A stretch of 64,000 bases of DNA from Minisyncoccota bacterium (GCA_041389025.1 JAWKSP010000003.1:4065-68064), one strand, 5' to 3'. Positions 30,143 through 40,700 are shown, counted from the first letter of the stretch. The notes: generated from the sequence alone by a model not told the origin. Program-made: numbers and translations.

Positions 30143-30481
30143 ATGAAAAAAGTTCTTTTAGTAATTTTTTTGGTGTCACTGCCATTTTTGACAGGCTGTG
30201 GCCCGTTGCCGTATTACCCTACTAGTGTCCATGGTGGTATCCATGGTGGTGTATACCCTAGTGGAGTTGGGTACGGTAGGGTAGGTTACCCTGCCCACGG
30301 CGACTACCGCCCAATGAGGCGAGGGACGTCATTTAATTTTCCCGAAAGTGTTCAACACTTTCGGGGTAGGGTAAACGCCGTTGGGAATTTTCCAAATCAC
30401 GTCCCTACTCATGTAGGGAGAGATGGAATGTTTAGAAATAAGGGTGGATACACCCTTCCTCCACCGACACCAAGGTGGTAG
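30143..30481 (+). CDS. Gly/Pro/Tyr-rich small lipoprotein
   Basis: Signal peptide with an LTGC lipobox followed by GGIHGGVYPSGVGYGRVGYP repeats. Confidence 0.6.
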   Translation: MKKVLLVIFLVSLPFLTGCGPLPYYPTSVHGGIHGGVYPSGVGYGRVGYPAHGDYRPMRRGTSFNFPESVQHFRGRVNAVGNFPNHVPTHVGRDGMFRNKGGYTLPPPTPRW

Positions 30482-30486
30482 TGGGC

Positions 30487-30520
30487 GCGTTGTGTAAGAG
30501 GTTTTACACAACGCGTTTTA
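30487..30520. terminator. Bidirectional terminator between convergent genes
   Basis: gcgttgtgtaa / ttacacaacgc stem flanked by A/T runs on both sides. Confidence 0.6.
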
Positions 30521-30527
30521 TAAATTT

Positions 30528-31466
30528 CTAATACACCTCCCGTAACATCTTTACATGTTCTTCATAACTGTTAGAACAATGAAAACCACCATACTGATCA
30601 TGAAAATAAAACAGACAGTCGGTTACGCGAGGATTGAGAGCTGCTACCACCGCTTCTGGCGAAGGGTTGGAAATCGGTATTGGTGGCAGACCGGTATTTT
30701 TATAAGTATTAAAAAGTGAGTCGATATACTTATCGTTAGGATTAACTTTAGGCCACCATGTCGGTTCGTACGGGTTGCTACCACGTACGTACTGTAAGGT
30801 AGCGTCGAGCTGTAGCGGCATATCAATAAAAATCCGGTTCCAAATAATTCCTGAAATGTAACGCATGTCATTAAAATCGTAAGCTTCACGTTCTAGCAAG
30901 GAAGCAATGATCAGTGTCTCCTTTAAAGAAACTTTATTGCTTATATCATCACTATAACGAGCGTATATTTCGTTACTGAATTTTTGATTTAAAGTATCAG
31001 CTAAAGTGGTGGGATTGATATCTTTATCTACTACATAGCGACCTGGAAAAAATTTTCCATCAGCTAGAATTGGTTTATTGTTAGTAATTAATTTAGCAAA
31101 CTTTTCTCTTTCTTCTTTTGACCAGTTTAAAATGTCACCAAAATTTTTTATAATTTCTTCTTTTCTTTCACCAGGGTAAATTACTAGAGTACGACTGCGT
31201 GGTGAAGCTAATAATTGATAAAATTTAGTTTGGGTTAAATCGTTTAAAAGTCGATCAAACCATTGTTCGGGACGATAATCATTTTTGGCTAAATTCAAAT
31301 ATTTGTTAGCAAAATTTTCCACTTCAGGATTTTCAATAATTTCTTTTTTGTCCGGATAAACTCCTAAAGGGAAAGGCTCAACATTGATTTTTGTAACCAA
31401 CCGTTCCTTAGGATTAGGATCTTTTTTTATCGTGAAGGTAGAAAAGGTAAATAAAATCAAAAGCAA
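30528..31466 (-). CDS. mltG: Endolytic murein transglycosylase MltG (YceG-like), copy 1
   Basis: LIIASLLEREA...LQLDATLQY...NPYEPTWWP...GLPPIPISNPSPEAVVAALNP are YceG-family motifs. Confidence 0.8.
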   Translation of the reverse strand: MLLILFTFSTFTIKKDPNPKERLVTKINVEPFPLGVYPDKKEIIENPEVENFANKYLNLAKNDYRPEQWFDRLLNDLTQTKFYQLLASPRSRTLVIYPGERKEEIIKNFGDILNWSKEEREKFAKLITNNKPILADGKFFPGRYVVDKDINPTTLADTLNQKFSNEIYARYSDDISNKVSLKETLIIASLLEREAYDFNDMRYISGIIWNRIFIDMPLQLDATLQYVRGSNPYEPTWWPKVNPNDKYIDSLFNTYKNTGLPPIPISNPSPEAVVAALNPRVTDCLFYFHDQYGGFHCSNSYEEHVKMLREVY

Positions 31467-31637
31467 AAAAGCGGTACAAAAACCAAAGTCAGTTTGGCTG
31501 AACGCTTAAATTTTCTGGTGTACCTTTTAGTAATTCCTAATCTTCTGAACTTTCTTGGTAAACGCATGTTTTTATAATTTTACACTATTACCAATAAAAT
31601 TTATTATAGTTGAATAATGGTGTGTTAGTATGTTGTC

Positions 31638-32474
31638 ATGCAAAGAAGTTTCGGACGTGAAATAGCAAGCGTGATCCTTAGAGTTTTTGCGGTGGTGCTT
31701 ACAGTTATTTTAATAATTGTTTCAATTGGGACATGGTATAGCTATGATGGTATTAGTGATGGTTGGTGTAATGTAGCGATATTTCCGATCGAAGGGGTGA
31801 TAGTACCATACAAGGCATATGATCAATTTCCGCTAATAGTTACCCCAAATGCGATTAGGGACTTTATTACACAATCGGAAAACGACTCTTATATACAGGC
31901 AATAATGTTTGAAATAAATTCTCCTGGCGGTACACCGGTAGCATCAGAGCAGATCAGTGAAGCTATAAAGACTTCTACTCTACCGACTTTAAGTTTAATT
32001 GGTGACATTGGAACGTCAGGTGGGTATCTGGCGGCTTCTGCAGCTGATCGGGTAATAGCTTCACCGATGTCTGATGTTGGCAGTATTGGGGTGACCATGT
32101 CCTATACTGAAGAATCAAAGAAGAATGAAGAAGAAGGTGTTACCTTTGTTCAATTGTCAACTGGTGAGTTTAAGGACGCCGGTAATCCAAACAAGCCTTT
32201 AACGGAGGCTGAGCGAACTTTATTTGAAAAAGATTTACAATTGATTCATGATCAATTTGTAAAAGAGGTGGCAGAAAATCGTGGTAAAGAAATTTGGGAA
32301 ATCCAAGCTTTAGCCGATGGTTCAGCGGTGACTGGTGGAGAGGCCTTAGATAAAGGATTGGTTGACCGATTGGGAGGTCGAGAAGTGGCTAGAGAAGAAT
32401 TAGCTAATATGTTGAATTTAAATATCAATGAAGTAACTTTTTGTGAATATCAAGGAAGTTTATTGCCGTTCTAG
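31638..32474 (+). CDS. sppA: Signal peptide peptidase SppA (S49, 36K type)
   Basis: N-terminal TM segment, INSPGGTPVASE...GDIGTSGGYLAASAADRVIASPMSDVGSIGV with a ClpP/crotonase fold. Confidence 0.8.
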   Translation: MQRSFGREIASVILRVFAVVLTVILIIVSIGTWYSYDGISDGWCNVAIFPIEGVIVPYKAYDQFPLIVTPNAIRDFITQSENDSYIQAIMFEINSPGGTPVASEQISEAIKTSTLPTLSLIGDIGTSGGYLAASAADRVIASPMSDVGSIGVTMSYTEESKKNEEEGVTFVQLSTGEFKDAGNPNKPLTEAERTLFEKDLQLIHDQFVKEVAENRGKEIWEIQALADGSAVTGGEALDKGLVDRLGGREVAREELANMLNLNINEVTFCEYQGSLLPF

Positions 32475-32522
32475 GTTTGATTATTTGCTTTGTAATACCT
32501 TGTTTGTTAACATGAGTGTATT

Positions 32523-32750
32523 ATGAAACGTCACTATGTATTCGGGAGTCTTTTTGCCGAACCATCACTGATTGAAGGTGTGGGTAGTGTTGTAGATATT
32601 GGAGCTACAATGCAAAGATATAATGAATCAATGTCTGAAAAAGAAGCTGATATTATTGCTCTAAAAAACGATTGGATGGCTGTCGGTGAAGATCTAGATA
32701 AATCCATTAAAAACTATGAGCAAAAAGAAGAAGAATCAAAAAACAGTTAG
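32523..32750 (+). CDS. Small hypothetical ORF
   Basis: 75 aa. It overlaps the next ORF in another frame and coding is uncertain. Confidence 0.25.
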   Translation: MKRHYVFGSLFAEPSLIEGVGSVVDIGATMQRYNESMSEKEADIIALKNDWMAVGEDLDKSIKNYEQKEEESKNS

Positions 32751-33171
32751 ATCTTTACCTCATTCGTTTAATAATTCTCCAAATGAAAGAGGGGTTGTAG
32801 TTCACAAGCAACACGTAAGGCATTCATTTTCTGGCCCATTACCGCATCCTGATGTGTTACATAGATTTGAAGAAGTTTCGCCTGGAGCGGCGGAAAGGAT
32901 TATAAAAATGGCTGAAGAACAATCTTCACACAGACGTAATCTTGAAAAGAAAGTAATTGAGTCTGATATATATCGTTCAAAATGGGGTCAAATACTTGGT
33001 TTTATAATTGCAATTGTTGGTTTGTCTGTATCGGCTGTAATTGGAGTTTTTGGTAATCCGGTGGCAGGAAGTATTATGGGAACAGGAACAGTTGCTGGAC
33101 TGGTTTGGGTTTTTATGTACGGCAGTCGCCTTAAATCTGAAGAATTAAAAGAAAAAAAAGAAGATTTATAG
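32716..33171 (+). CDS. DUF2335-like membrane protein
   Basis: SGPLPHPDVLHRFEEVSPGAAERII followed by two TM helices. The start codon is uncertain. Confidence 0.5.
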   Translation: MSKKKKNQKTVRSLPHSFNNSPNERGVVVHKQHVRHSFSGPLPHPDVLHRFEEVSPGAAERIIKMAEEQSSHRRNLEKKVIESDIYRSKWGQILGFIIAIVGLSVSAVIGVFGNPVAGSIMGTGTVAGLVWVFMYGSRLKSEELKEKKEDL

Positions 33172-33206
33172 TAAATTTATAATTAAAATGTTACGCTAGC
33201 CACCAT

Positions 33207-34304
33207 ATGTCATTATCTGTTGGAATTGTCGGGTTACCAAATGTTGGTAAATCTACTTTATTTACCGCTCTCACTAAAAACGAGGTGCTGATTGCTAATT
33301 ATCCGTTTGCTACGATTGATCCGTCGGTAGGAGTTGTAGCGGTGCCTGATGGGCGATTGGCGACTTTGTCCGCTATTTCTGGTTCATCAGAAATTATTCC
33401 CGCGGTAGTGGAGTTTGTTGATATTGCTGGGTTGGTGCAAGGAGCTTCAGCGGGTGAAGGACTTGGTAATAAATTTTTGGCAAATATCCGCGAAACCGAT
33501 ATGATTGCGGAAGTGGTGCGTATCTTTGAAGATAGTGATGTACATCACGTGGCAGGAGGAGTGAATCCACTTTCTGATATAGAAGTAATTAACCTCGAAC
33601 TGATTTTGGCTGATGCGGAGACAGTGAGTAAAAGATTGGGAAATGTAGAGCGTGACGCGAAGCGAGGTGACAAGGAGGCGGTAATGGAGAAAGAACTTTT
33701 GGCTAGACTTTTGCCACATCTAGAAGCTGGTAAACTGGCTAACTCGTTTGAAATGTCAGATGATGAAAAAAAGATTGTCAGACACTTGCATCTTTTAACC
33801 ATGAAGCCTTTCTTGTATGTTTGCAACAAAAAGACCGATGCTTTTAACTTGGATGAACAAAATGATGACCGATGGCAAGATCTCTTAAATTTTTTCGAGA
33901 CAACCGGAGCGGAGTATGTGGTGGTGGATGCCGGAATGGAGCATGAACTTCGTGACATGTCAGAAGAAGAAAAGAATGATTTTCGTCGTGAGTATGGTGC
34001 GCAAGATAGTGGGGTAGAGAGTCTGATTCGTGCTTGTTATCACCGACTTGGTCTCATGAGTTACTTCACGACTGGTGAGAAAGAAACCAGAGCTTGGACA
34101 GTACCAATCGGCTCTTTGGGGCCAAAAGCAGCAGCGGCTATCCATACTGACTTTGAGAAAAAATACATCCGGGCGCAAGTAGTGACTTTTGATGATTTAG
34201 TACAGGCAGGCTCGCTCGCTAAAGCTCGTGAACAAGGCAAACTTCGTACTGAAGGGAAGGAGTATGTGGTACAAGATGGAGATGTGATTGAATTTTTGAT
34301 ATAA
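33207..34304 (+). CDS. ychF: Ribosome-binding ATPase YchF (Obg-family)
   Basis: G1 motif GIVGLPNVGKSTLF plus a TGS C-terminal domain. Confidence 0.9.
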   Translation: MSLSVGIVGLPNVGKSTLFTALTKNEVLIANYPFATIDPSVGVVAVPDGRLATLSAISGSSEIIPAVVEFVDIAGLVQGASAGEGLGNKFLANIRETDMIAEVVRIFEDSDVHHVAGGVNPLSDIEVINLELILADAETVSKRLGNVERDAKRGDKEAVMEKELLARLLPHLEAGKLANSFEMSDDEKKIVRHLHLLTMKPFLYVCNKKTDAFNLDEQNDDRWQDLLNFFETTGAEYVVVDAGMEHELRDMSEEEKNDFRREYGAQDSGVESLIRACYHRLGLMSYFTTGEKETRAWTVPIGSLGPKAAAAIHTDFEKKYIRAQVVTFDDLVQAGSLAKAREQGKLRTEGKEYVVQDGDVIEFLI

Positions 34305-34359
34305 GACGATTTATAGATCACTTTACTGGCTCCTTTGCTGTTATACTAAACTAATAATT

Positions 34360-35097
34360 ATGAACACGGAAATTTTGGTATATATACTACTTGGCTTTTC
34401 CTCGTTCTTTTTTGTGGTTGTACCAATGTCGGCGGCGGTGGTTTTAAATCCTTTGTTATCACTTATTGTTGAGCCACATACAGCTATAGGTCTAGTGGCG
34501 TTCTTTTTTATGGTGAATAGTTTGGTAAAAACAATAGTCTTCCGAAAAGATGTTTTGCCGAAATATATAAAAAAGATGTTACCAATATCGATAGTTATGG
34601 CAATGATCGGTACTTATGTTGTCGGTCTTGTTTCATCAATGATGCTACTTGTACTGATATTCATTATGTCAGCTTATTTTCTCCTTAAGAAAATATATGA
34701 AATGTACAATGTACAAGAGAGACGTAAAAATATACATGAACCAACTTTAGTGATAGTAAGTATAATTTCAGGTTTTATGCAGGGTACTGGACTTGGTGCG
34801 GGTGGTGCGTTGCGAAAAGTGTATTTATTGTCTGAAAACATTAGCTTGCAGCAAATGCATGGCACAACATCTCTCATAAGTTTCGTTGTTCTGTCCTTTG
34901 CCTTCCTTGTGCGTCTAGAGACAGAACAACTAACTTTAGATCAAGTAATACCTATTGTATACATTGTTCCAATTATAATAGTTGCTACTTTGTTTGGTAA
35001 AAAAGTCTTGGGAAGGTTGTCTAAAAAGACCGCTGATGTAATAGGTATTATAGCTATGCTTCTAATAACGGTCTTTTTAGGGGTTAGTTTGTTTTAA
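34360..35097 (+). CDS. TSUP (TauE/SafE)-family membrane transporter
   Basis: Seven or eight TM helices with the SGFMQGTGLGAGGALRKVYLL Gly-rich motif typical of DUF81/TSUP. Confidence 0.55.
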   Translation: MNTEILVYILLGFSSFFFVVVPMSAAVVLNPLLSLIVEPHTAIGLVAFFFMVNSLVKTIVFRKDVLPKYIKKMLPISIVMAMIGTYVVGLVSSMMLLVLIFIMSAYFLLKKIYEMYNVQERRKNIHEPTLVIVSIISGFMQGTGLGAGGALRKVYLLSENISLQQMHGTTSLISFVVLSFAFLVRLETEQLTLDQVIPIVYIVPIIIVATLFGKKVLGRLSKKTADVIGIIAMLLITVFLGVSLF

Positions 35098-35104
35098 TCT
35101 CTGC

Positions 35105-35161
35105 ACCGAAGGGAAGGAATACGTGGTGCAGGACGGAGACGTGATTGAGTTTTTGATATAA
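35105..35161 (+). repeat. Orphan duplicate of the last 19 codons plus stop of ychF (TEGKEYVVQDGDVIEFLI*), diverged only at synonymous positions
   Basis: Aligns to 34248-34304 with 7 mismatches, all third-codon-position and synonymous. It has no start codon and lies directly after the TSUP gene stop. Confidence 0.8.
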
Positions 35162-35228
35162 ACCACCTTTTGCTTGACAAAACTATTTAAATATGCTATT
35201 ATTTAAATAGTTCAATCATTGAAAAAAG

Positions 35229-35573
35229 GTGAAAAAAATGGTTATTACTATTAATAAAGAAAAAGATAAAGTTACTTTTTATCTATTAATGTCAATTTTT
35301 GCTTTAACTTTAACCGGTATCTTACTGGTAGGAGCAAATATTTTAGCTTTTATTTTAACCTATTCAGGTCCATTCTTGATCCTGGCTTTGATTTTTGCAT
35401 TGCTTCGTGCGGTGTTTATAGTTAAAGGAAGGGCGGTGAGGAGTAAAAATAAAAAGATGAAATACGGAAAATTGGCAAATAGATTTGGTCTTTTATCTAA
35501 GGTATCGCTATACATAACCTTAGCTTTGGTTTCTGTAGCATTGATCCTTACACTTTTTGATTTCATTTTTTAG
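35229..35573 (+). CDS. Small membrane protein (3 TM)
   Basis: 114-aa hydrophobic ORF followed by two terminators. Confidence 0.4.
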   Translation: MKKMVITINKEKDKVTFYLLMSIFALTLTGILLVGANILAFILTYSGPFLILALIFALLRAVFIVKGRAVRSKNKKMKYGKLANRFGLLSKVSLYITLALVSVALILTLFDFIF

Positions 35574-35595
35574 TTTTAGTCCTTTAATCGGGAGA

Positions 35596-35644
35596 GTGCT
35601 ATCTTATACATATCTAGTATGTGCACTAAGATAGCGCTTTTTTA
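35596..35644 (+). terminator. Rho-independent terminator (12-bp stem, large loop)
   Basis: agtgctatctta / taagatagcgct followed by TTTTTT. Confidence 0.55.
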
Positions 35645-35660
35645 ATACTTCATATTACAA

Positions 35661-35696
35661 AAACCTCGCAAATAATTTGCGAGGTTTGTTTTTTTT
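35661..35696 (+). terminator. Rho-independent terminator
   Basis: aaacctcgcaaa-taat-ttgcgaggttt followed by T8. Confidence 0.7.
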
Positions 35697-35780
35697 ATAT
35701 TGTCTAGTAATGGTTAGCAAATTTATGTTACTCTATGATTAAGCGACTTAGTGTTCATTAAATTTTAGAGGAGGTTTATT

Positions 35781-35969
35781 ATGCCGTTACCTTCGGTTGA
35801 GTTAGTGCTCTTAATCTCGTTAATTCTTATAGGAATTATACTTTGGTTTTTTAGGTCAAAACCAAAACCTTGCCCATATTGTAAAAGTATCGAAACTGAA
35901 GTTATACAGCGTAACGAGAGAAGGTGGATTTTGTATTGTAGGGATTGTAGTAAAAGCAGTGGTTTGTAA
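35781..35969 (+). CDS. Small membrane-anchored zinc-ribbon protein
   Basis: Strong SD (agaggagg). One TM segment then CPYC...18...CRDC. Confidence 0.45.
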   Translation: MPLPSVELVLLISLILIGIILWFFRSKPKPCPYCKSIETEVIQRNERRWILYCRDCSKSSGL

Positions 35970-36115
35970 AAAGTATCTGTTCATTAACTAAAAAATAACC
36001 CCGACTACTTTGTAAAGTGTCGGGGTTTCTGATGTGATGTCTATGTTTTAGACTTTGGGATTATAATATATTTTATTTATTTTCGTCAAATTAAGAGGGT
36101 TTTTGGTTTGAAAGT

Positions 36116-36385
36116 TTAACTCAAGTTACTCGGAGGATTCATTTTTTGAACTGGGCTGATTACATTTGGATTCCATTCGGCGGTTATTTCACCATGTTCT
36201 TTTTCGAATTCGGCTAGTTGGTGGGTAAGGTACTGCTTTAGTCTTTTGGCGTGCTGTGGGGTGAGTGAATAAATAGTGCCTTGGTTGCCTGAGCTTAGAG
36301 CCATCACGAAATATTCTGGGGTAAATCCGACATTAATGCTCTCACAAAATAACTTTGGGGCTTTTTTCAAATCTTCTGGTTTCAT
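36116..36385 (-). CDS. DUF3467-like small protein
   Basis: NVGFTPEYFVMALSSGNQGTIYSLTPQHAKRL resembles the DUF3467 pattern. Confidence 0.45.
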   Translation of the reverse strand: MKPEDLKKAPKLFCESINVGFTPEYFVMALSSGNQGTIYSLTPQHAKRLKQYLTHQLAEFEKEHGEITAEWNPNVISPVQKMNPPSNLS

Positions 36386-36573
36386 ATAAATCCATTATCT
36401 CATAAAATTAAGTAAAACAAAAAACAAAAATATGACCTTAGGGGGGGGAGGTTACGACGGAAAATGTTGTCTCTCGGTTATTTTCTGTATAAATTAATTA
36501 GCACAGGTATCAGTTTTTAAAGTTACAAACAAAATCTTGAATTAGTGTTATTTCTTTAGGTTATAATAACGGC

Positions 36574-37713
36574 ATGGAAAAAGAAGATGATCTTACTTCA
36601 GATAAATATAAAACCTACAGCATAAAAGAGAGTGCTGAGGAAGAGTTGATGTCTGCGCAAAAGTCTTTGTTAAAAGTAGTTTTGTTTTTTGTTACTCTTT
36701 CTTTTATTTCTTTTGCTTTAGTTCGGGAAATTGAAGTGTTCGTACTCCCTTTTATTATAGTGATGCTACTTTTTATATTTTATCTCATAAATACTTTTTT
36801 AATTTATTGGGATAGAAGAAGAAAATTCTGGGATATAGTAGCTTCGATTCATGATTGGGATTTGGGTTTTAAGTTTGAAAATGAAGCCAATTTTCTTTTC
36901 GGTAAAGGAAAAACTTTCTCTGCCAATTACATTAACGGTAAGTTTGCTGATGCTGGATTTCATATTTTTGAATTAGTTGGAAGAAGATCTCCGTTTACAG
37001 CTTTTGTTTTTGAATTGGACAAGAAATTTCCCCATTGTTATCTAGATAGAAAAGATAATAAATACAGTAGGACAAATGAGTTGATACCACTAACAACTAT
37101 CCCACCTCAGTTTGCTAAGTTTTATGAGCTCCATGTTCCAAAGAAGTATGAGATTGAATTGTTGCAAATATTTAACATAAACACTTTAGCCTACTTGCTT
37201 GATAGTAATACGAATTATGATGTTGAGTTATATGAAAATAAATTAATTATCATACATAAACATCGTTTTGATTCGGTAGAAGAATTCGAAATTGAAATAC
37301 AAAAAGTTGAAAAACTTTATAATCAAATGAAAGGAGATTTAAAGACTTTTAGTTACTCTAAGATTGGTGACTTATCTCCTATGTTGGATGAGGTGAAAGT
37401 AGATCAATATAAGAGGTTGTATGGATTGAAAAAGGTAATATTTTCTTTTATATCTTCTATTATTTTTGATAGTAGAGTAACAAATGAAAAGTTGCTAAAA
37501 CTTACACGATACTTTTTACTAATACAAATAATAATTTTTATAATAATTACTTTGTTGTTTTTATTAGCTATTTTTATCGAACCTTCTTTTTTTGACTATA
37601 ACATTACTTTACCCTTTATAATTTTAATAGGCGTCCTTGCTTATATTTCACTTATTCTTAAGTCATGGTATGAGATAAGGACTTCCAAAAGATATAAGCA
37701 TTTGACCAAATAG
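36574..37713 (+). CDS. Hypothetical polytopic membrane protein
   Basis: 379 aa with TM segments at both ends and a soluble middle. No motif was recognised. Confidence 0.5.
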   Translation: MEKEDDLTSDKYKTYSIKESAEEELMSAQKSLLKVVLFFVTLSFISFALVREIEVFVLPFIIVMLLFIFYLINTFLIYWDRRRKFWDIVASIHDWDLGFKFENEANFLFGKGKTFSANYINGKFADAGFHIFELVGRRSPFTAFVFELDKKFPHCYLDRKDNKYSRTNELIPLTTIPPQFAKFYELHVPKKYEIELLQIFNINTLAYLLDSNTNYDVELYENKLIIIHKHRFDSVEEFEIEIQKVEKLYNQMKGDLKTFSYSKIGDLSPMLDEVKVDQYKRLYGLKKVIFSFISSIIFDSRVTNEKLLKLTRYFLLIQIIIFIIITLLFLLAIFIEPSFFDYNITLPFIILIGVLAYISLILKSWYEIRTSKRYKHLTK

Positions 37714-37765
37714 CATTTTCCACATTCTACAAATTTATGGCATACTGTCATTTGTAAATAAGCTT

Positions 37766-40700
37766 ATGCATAAAAAATTTGATTCAAGCGCCATTGAGAA
37801 AAAGTGGCAGGAAATTTGGGAAGAGGAGGGGATTTATAATGTTGGCGCGCGTGATACCAGTAAAGAGAAAGAATACGTGCTGATCGAGTTTCCTTATCCG
37901 TCTGGGAATCTCCATATAGGACACTGGTATACATATGCAGTGCCTGATATTTATGTGCGTTACCAAAGAATGAATGGCAAGCAAGTCTTGTTCCCGATGG
38001 GGTTTGATGCTTTTGGGTTGCCGGCGGAAAACGCGGCTATTAAGCGGGGACTGGATCCAAAAGGTTGGACTAATGACAACATTGCTTACATGAAAAACCA
38101 GCTGAAGAGCATGGGTAACGCTTTTTCTTGGGATAAAACTACGAGCTCGACCGACCCTGAATACTACAAATGGACCCAGTGGATGTTTACGCAATTTTTT
38201 GAAAACGGGATTGCTTACCGTGGTAAGGGGGTGGTTAACTGGTGTCCAGGGTGTAACACAGTGATTGCTAACGAGCAGGTGGTGGCTGGGAAAGATGGAG
38301 ACGAGTGTGAACGCTGTGGACACAAGATTGAAAAGAAAGAAATGCCACAGTGGATGCTAAAGATCACTGAGTACGCCGACAGACTGGTAGATGACTTGGA
38401 TGAAATTGATTGGCCGGAGCATATCAAAGAAGCGCAAAGGCAGTGGATTGGCAGAAGTAAAGGAGCGGAGATTGATTTTAAACTAAACCTACCGACTTAC
38501 AGCGGACAAGTGCTGTTTGCTTCCAATAATAAAGGAAAGTTGGCGCGTATGCGGAAGCTGGTCGCTGAGACTAGTTTGGATATAACTCTTATCTCATTAG
38601 AAGAAGCGGGAATTACTGATACTGAAGTTGTGGAAGACGAGAACGACTTGGCTTTAAACGCCAAGAAGAAAGCTTTGCACTTTGCTAAGCAGACTGACTT
38701 GCCGGTCTTGGCGGACGACACGGGTTTTTTTGTGGCCGGTGAAGAGCTTGATCCGGTGACGGTAAAGCGGAATGCTTTGGCTGGTATAGATGAAAAGACT
38801 CTTACGATAGAAGAGGTGGGAGAAAAGATGGTGGTGTATTATGCAGAGATTGCAAAAAAACACGGTGGAGAAGTGGAAGCAGAATGGAAGAATGCCCTTT
38901 GCTTAGTGATGGATGGACAAGTATATATGTCAGAAGGGGTACGGCCGGTGATTTTGACTGATGAAGCTGTCGGAAACTATGATCCATATCTGCCGGTGCG
39001 GGCTTTGTATAAAGCCAAAGCGACCGGTAAGCATGCTTTGACTCATAATGAAGAAGAGGAGCTAATGGAACTTCAGCCTATCACTGACGCGATTGAAAGA
39101 GTGTTTGAGCCGAAAGTAACTGTCTTTACCACTCGGCCTGACACTCTTTATGGAGCGACTTATATGGTATTGGCACCAGAACATGCTCTAGTAGAGAAAA
39201 ATAAAGATAGGATTGAAAACTGGAGTGAGGTAGAAGCTTACATAAAGCAAACTAAGCAAAAAGACGAGCAGGACAGACTAGATAACACCAAAGAAAAGAC
39301 CGGAGTGAAGCTCGAGGGGATTATGGCGACCAATCCAGCCAGTGGCGAAGAAATACCAGTCTACATTGCTGACTATGTACTCGGTGGCTACGGTACCGGA
39401 GCTATCATGGCGGTACCGGCGCATGATGAGCGAGACTTTGCTTTTTCTTACAAATATAAAATTTCTAAACCGAAAGAGGTTATAAATATTCAAAAAGAAA
39501 TCAACGAAAAAGTTTTGAATCGTGGAAATGGTGTAGGTGTTGTTCATTGGGATCCTGAGATGATACAAATAACAGATTTGAATACTGGAAAAATATTGGG
39601 ATTTAAGTATAGGTTAGGTGATGTAAGTTGTCATACTTGTTACGGTAAATTAATAAACTCCGCTGAATTTGACGGTATGAACTCCGAAGAAGCAAAATTA
39701 GCTATTACCGAAAAAGTGGGTGGACGGATGACAAATACCTACCGTTTGCGCGATTGGTCTATTGGTCGACAGCGTTATTGGGGGGTACCAATCCCGATTG
39801 TATATGACTCGAGTGGAAAAGCACATGTAGTACCAAAAGAGCATTTACCGTGGACTTTGCCTGAAGATGTGGACTTTACCCCAACTGGTGAGCCACCACT
39901 GGCTAAGAGTGAAGCTTTGAAAAAAAGAACCGAAGAAATCTTTGGTAAAGGTTGGACACCGGAAGTGGAGACTATGGATACGTTTGTGGATTCGTCTTGG
40001 TATTTCTTGCGCTACTTGGATAATAAGAACGATGACGAGCTGTCGTCTTTAGAAAGACAGAAAGAGTGGATGCCGATCGATCTATATTTTGGTGGAGCGG
40101 AGCATACCACTATGCACCTGCTGTACTCACGTTTTTGGCAGAAAGCTTTGTATGACCTAGAGTTGGTGACTGAAAAAGAACCGTACAAGAGGCGAGTGAA
40201 TCGTGGGCTTATCCTTGGTCCCGATGGTAACAAGATGAGTAAGAGTAAAGGAAATGTGATTGATCCGGATGAGCAAGTAGCTAGAGTGGGAGCTGATACG
40301 GTCAAGATGTACCTAGCTTTTATGGGGCCGTATGAGGGAGCTAATTATCCGTTCGATTTAGGGGGAATTGCTGGTATTAGGCGCTTCTTGGAGCGAGTTT
40401 ATGGACTTGATGATCATGTCAAAGACGAAGAAGATGAGAAAACTACCAAACTTCTGCATAAAACTATCAAGAAAGTAAGAGAGGATATTGAGAATTACAA
40501 GTTCAATACCGCGATTAGTGCCATGATGGTGTTTGTAAATCACACTGAAAAGTCTGGTTTGACTAAAGATTCCTACCTGGCTTTCCTTAGACTTATGGCT
40601 CCATTTGCACCGCATGTGACGGATGAGTTGTGGCGACCGGAAGGGAAAGGACAGTCAGTACATATAGATAGTTACCCGGTAGCTGACGAAAAGTTGATGG

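Noticed and set aside
32523-33171. Programmed frameshift joining the 75-aa and 151-aa ORFs at the A-rich stretch near 32716-32750
   Set aside because: Neither part has recognisable homology that continues across the junction, so there is no evidence beyond an A-rich sequence.
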